Origin: Macrostomum hystrix
Lineage: Eukaryota > Animalia > Platyhelminthes
DNA: 64,000 nucleotides
Direction of reading: 5' to 3'
Assembly (NCBI GenBank): GCA_950097015.1
Contig: CATNEN010000030.1
Span: forward strand, 3,782,001-3,846,000
Positions within the stretch are counted from its first letter, which is position 1. Every line of letters starts with the position of its first letter. The position numbers and the translations under genes were made by a program. The notes beneath the pieces were generated by a model. The model was not told the DNA's origin and did not search any database. It saw only the letters and a program-made list of their open reading frames with translations. Below are positions 61,377 through 64,000 of the stretch, one piece after another.

Positions 61377-62694
61377 GCTTGACTCTGTTAGATCGGCGCC
61401 AACTGCCGCTGAAGAATTCGCTCTGAGTCTCTCGGCAGATGAGCCGCTACTTAAAGACGTGGAACAGACGCCACTAGATAGCAGCGGAGCGAGTGTGTGG
61501 GCTGACGGCTTGACAGATAGCTCAGGATTTTGGGGGGTTGCCGTCCGGACTGGGAAGGGGAAGGAAGAAGGTGGCTGGCTCTGGAGTGCCGCGCCATTTT
61601 ATACAGGTAGTGAGGCATTTGATGTGATTTGCGAACTAAATTTACATGCCGACACAGATGAGTTGGCATTGAAATTCGCTGCCCGTAACTGCGAGCCCAG
61701 CAGCGCCCTGTTTATGTAAATCACATTAGGGAGACACCCCGCAATTAACGCCCGGGCCTGTCGGGTCAACAAGATTTCCCTAACCTGGCTTGCCTCGCCA
61801 AGCGGGATAACTCAATACCCACGGGCGGGTGCCAGATCTTCGTGGTCTCGCTGATTAGGGGGTAGAGTCGCCAGCTTGATTTCTGAGCCCATTGATGCGG
61901 CTAATGATCGCGTCATTGTGAGGCGGTCCCGGGACGCTCCTAACCGAATCAACGGCCAAGGCGAGTGGCTGCTGCTGCTGCTGCTGCTCTGGGTCGAATT
62001 TTCCTCAGAGAAGGCGGCACCTCCCCCCCCTTGGCGGCCCCCGCCGCCGCATACCAAGTAGGAAGTTCTGGGAAATATGCGGGGAAACCCGCGCCTTCCT
62101 CTACTCCCTCCTCTCTAAGTTGATAGACAGAAAAGGAGAGAAGTGGATTGAGAGACAGAGACAAGCTGAGAAGTCGGTGTTTTTGCTCCATAAAAACGGC
62201 TCTTCTACAGATGGTTTAACCCAGAGACTAATCATTTCAGCTATTCTTCTCGCTTTCGTCGTATCATTTTGGAGGGATGTTTGTGAGAAGTACTAATGAA
62301 GGCCGATTGTTGCACGCCTTGAATGTCTATGGCCATGGCTAGCTATCTCTTTCTTGCTTAACTACCCGTAGACTTTGGGCCATAGACATTTGGGGCGAGC
62401 ACCAATAATTAATTGCTGAGCCCTATGACTACTGTCTATGGCCAAGAGGCGCCAAGAAACCATAAAACTCTATGGAGAATGTCTATTAGGGCACCTATGT
62501 TTTTGTCTCAAACTATTCTTCAAGCCATTCTCTACTAGGCTCGTATACCAATCGTGTAAATTCCCACATAAGATTTAAAGATTTTTCCAGTTCTATAAAA
62601 AACTTTTATTAGACTTTCGGTTTTTGAGATGATCATGTCTCTAAACGGCGTTGTGTCAGCGGACGGCCTGTAAGTTCAAAACTCACTGAAAAAT

Positions 62695-63400
62695 AATTTG
62701 TGTCCACTGACAAATAATTGTGTCCACTGACAAATAATTGTGTCCCCTGACAAATAAATGTGTCCAATGACAAATAAATGTGTCCAATGACAAATATATT
62801 TGTCCACTGGCAAATAGATGTGCTCACTGACAGATAGATGTGTCCACTGTATCAGGATGTGTCCACTGACAGATAGATGTGTCCACTGTATCAGGATGTG
62901 TCCACTGACAGATAGATGTGTCCACTGTATCAGGATGTGTCCACTGACAGATAGATGTGTCCACTGACAGATAGATGTGTCCACTGACAGATAGATGTGT
63001 CCACTGACAGATAGATGTGTCCACTGACAGATAGATGTGTCCACTGTATCAGGGTGTGTCCACTGAGAGATAGATGTGTCCACTGTATCAGGATGTGTCC
63101 ACTGACAGATAGATGTGTCCACTGACAGATAGATGTGTCCACTGACAGATAGATGTGTCCACTGACAGATAGATGTGTCCACTGACAGATAGATGTGTCC
63201 ACTGACAGATAGATGTGTCCACTGACAGATAGATGTGTCCACTGACAGATAGATGTGTCCACTGACAGATAGATGTGTCCACTGTATCAGGATGTGTCCA
63301 CTGTATCAGGATGTTCCACTGTATCAGGATGTGTCCACTGAGAGATAGATGTGTCCACTGTATCAGGATGTGTCCACCGACAGATATATGTGTCCACCGA
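62695..63400. repeat. 19/20-nt minisatellite (GTGTCCACTGACAGATAGAT / GTGTCCACTGTATCAGGAT)n
   Basis: Direct reading. Confidence 0.92.
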
Positions 63401-64000
63401 CAGATTGAAGTATCCACTGTCAAAATTATGTGGCGACTCCCAACTCCCTGCAGCGACTGACAACCCCATGTGTCCACAGACGAATCCATTCGGTGATTGA
63501 CAAGAGTCTGCTTTTGAGCCAGATAGCTGCATTTCGTTTTCTGATATTAGAAAGGCACTGCTTATAAGTAGTATATTGAAGATTCCACAAAATAATAGTT
63601 TTTTCAATAGTGATTTATTAATTTTTTTAACGCAAATACATTAACTTTTGAGCTTGAGAATACGATTATCTAAGGAAACAATATTGACACTATAGACTGT
63701 ATAGAGAATGTAGACTCAGCCCAACACATACTCCATCAAGCATTGCAGCATCCCATAGTGAAAGTTTGCTTAGGATTAGTCACTTTTGTTCCCTGTCTCC
63801 CAGCTTCATCCATCCCAGTTCGCATGTAGAAATTTGTTCAAAAAGCGCTCGCCAGTTTGGCCACAAAAATGATTTTGAGCGTGCGTGCGTGGTTGCAAGT
63901 GGCAAGTGATTGATGAAAGAGTAGGGGTGGGGCACAGTCTCCTGCTTTTGGTGCGTGACCCACTGTCCCTTTTCTTATTTGCTGCCACCACTCTCTCTGT

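Noticed and set aside
61812-62191. Ser/Gly-rich ORFs as upstream ETS exons
   Set aside because: Plausible, but I could not establish an in-phase splice path, so they are not annotated.
62676-63607. ORFs in the 20-nt array, including the 63287-63607 ORF with a signal-peptide-like start
   Set aside because: Mostly repeat-derived. The 63607 start is TTG in AT-rich sequence, with no recognisable domain or clear exon boundaries.

Overview
Eukaryotic (metazoan, most likely lophotrochozoan) genomic DNA with GC-rich exons, AT-rich introns, many minisatellites and a tRNA-derived SINE. This style suggests the flatworm Macrostomum lignano or a relative, which is an inference only. About 11 spliced or intronless genes can be built by hand with consistent GT(GC)-AG boundaries and reading phase: FBXL13/DRC6 (-, runs off the left edge) with an SSUH2 gene nested antisense in its intron 2, a secreted EF-hand protein head-to-head with FBXL13, an orphan single-pass membrane protein, TLCD5/TMEM136, RABGEF1, a ~3650 aa apolipophorin/vitellogenin-type lipid transfer protein, FAM78, a tandem two-domain sarcoplasmic calcium-binding protein, SNX29 and an ERG/FLI1/FEV-type ETS factor. 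Most long ORFs in the supplied track are artefacts of tandem arrays. The most unusual non-coding items are: (i) a TA-flanked, TIR-bounded Tc1/IS630-like element holding two overlapping hairpins, one with a loop that copies 14 nt of the element's own transposase start; (ii) minisatellites that fill short introns almost from splice site to splice site; (iii) a 3.3 kb 33-nt array that is nearly stop-free on one strand, with an N-x-S/T sequon in every unit; (iv) a strongly over-represented GTCTATGGC/GCCATAGAC motif. No CRISPR, rRNA or convincing functional tRNA gene was found.
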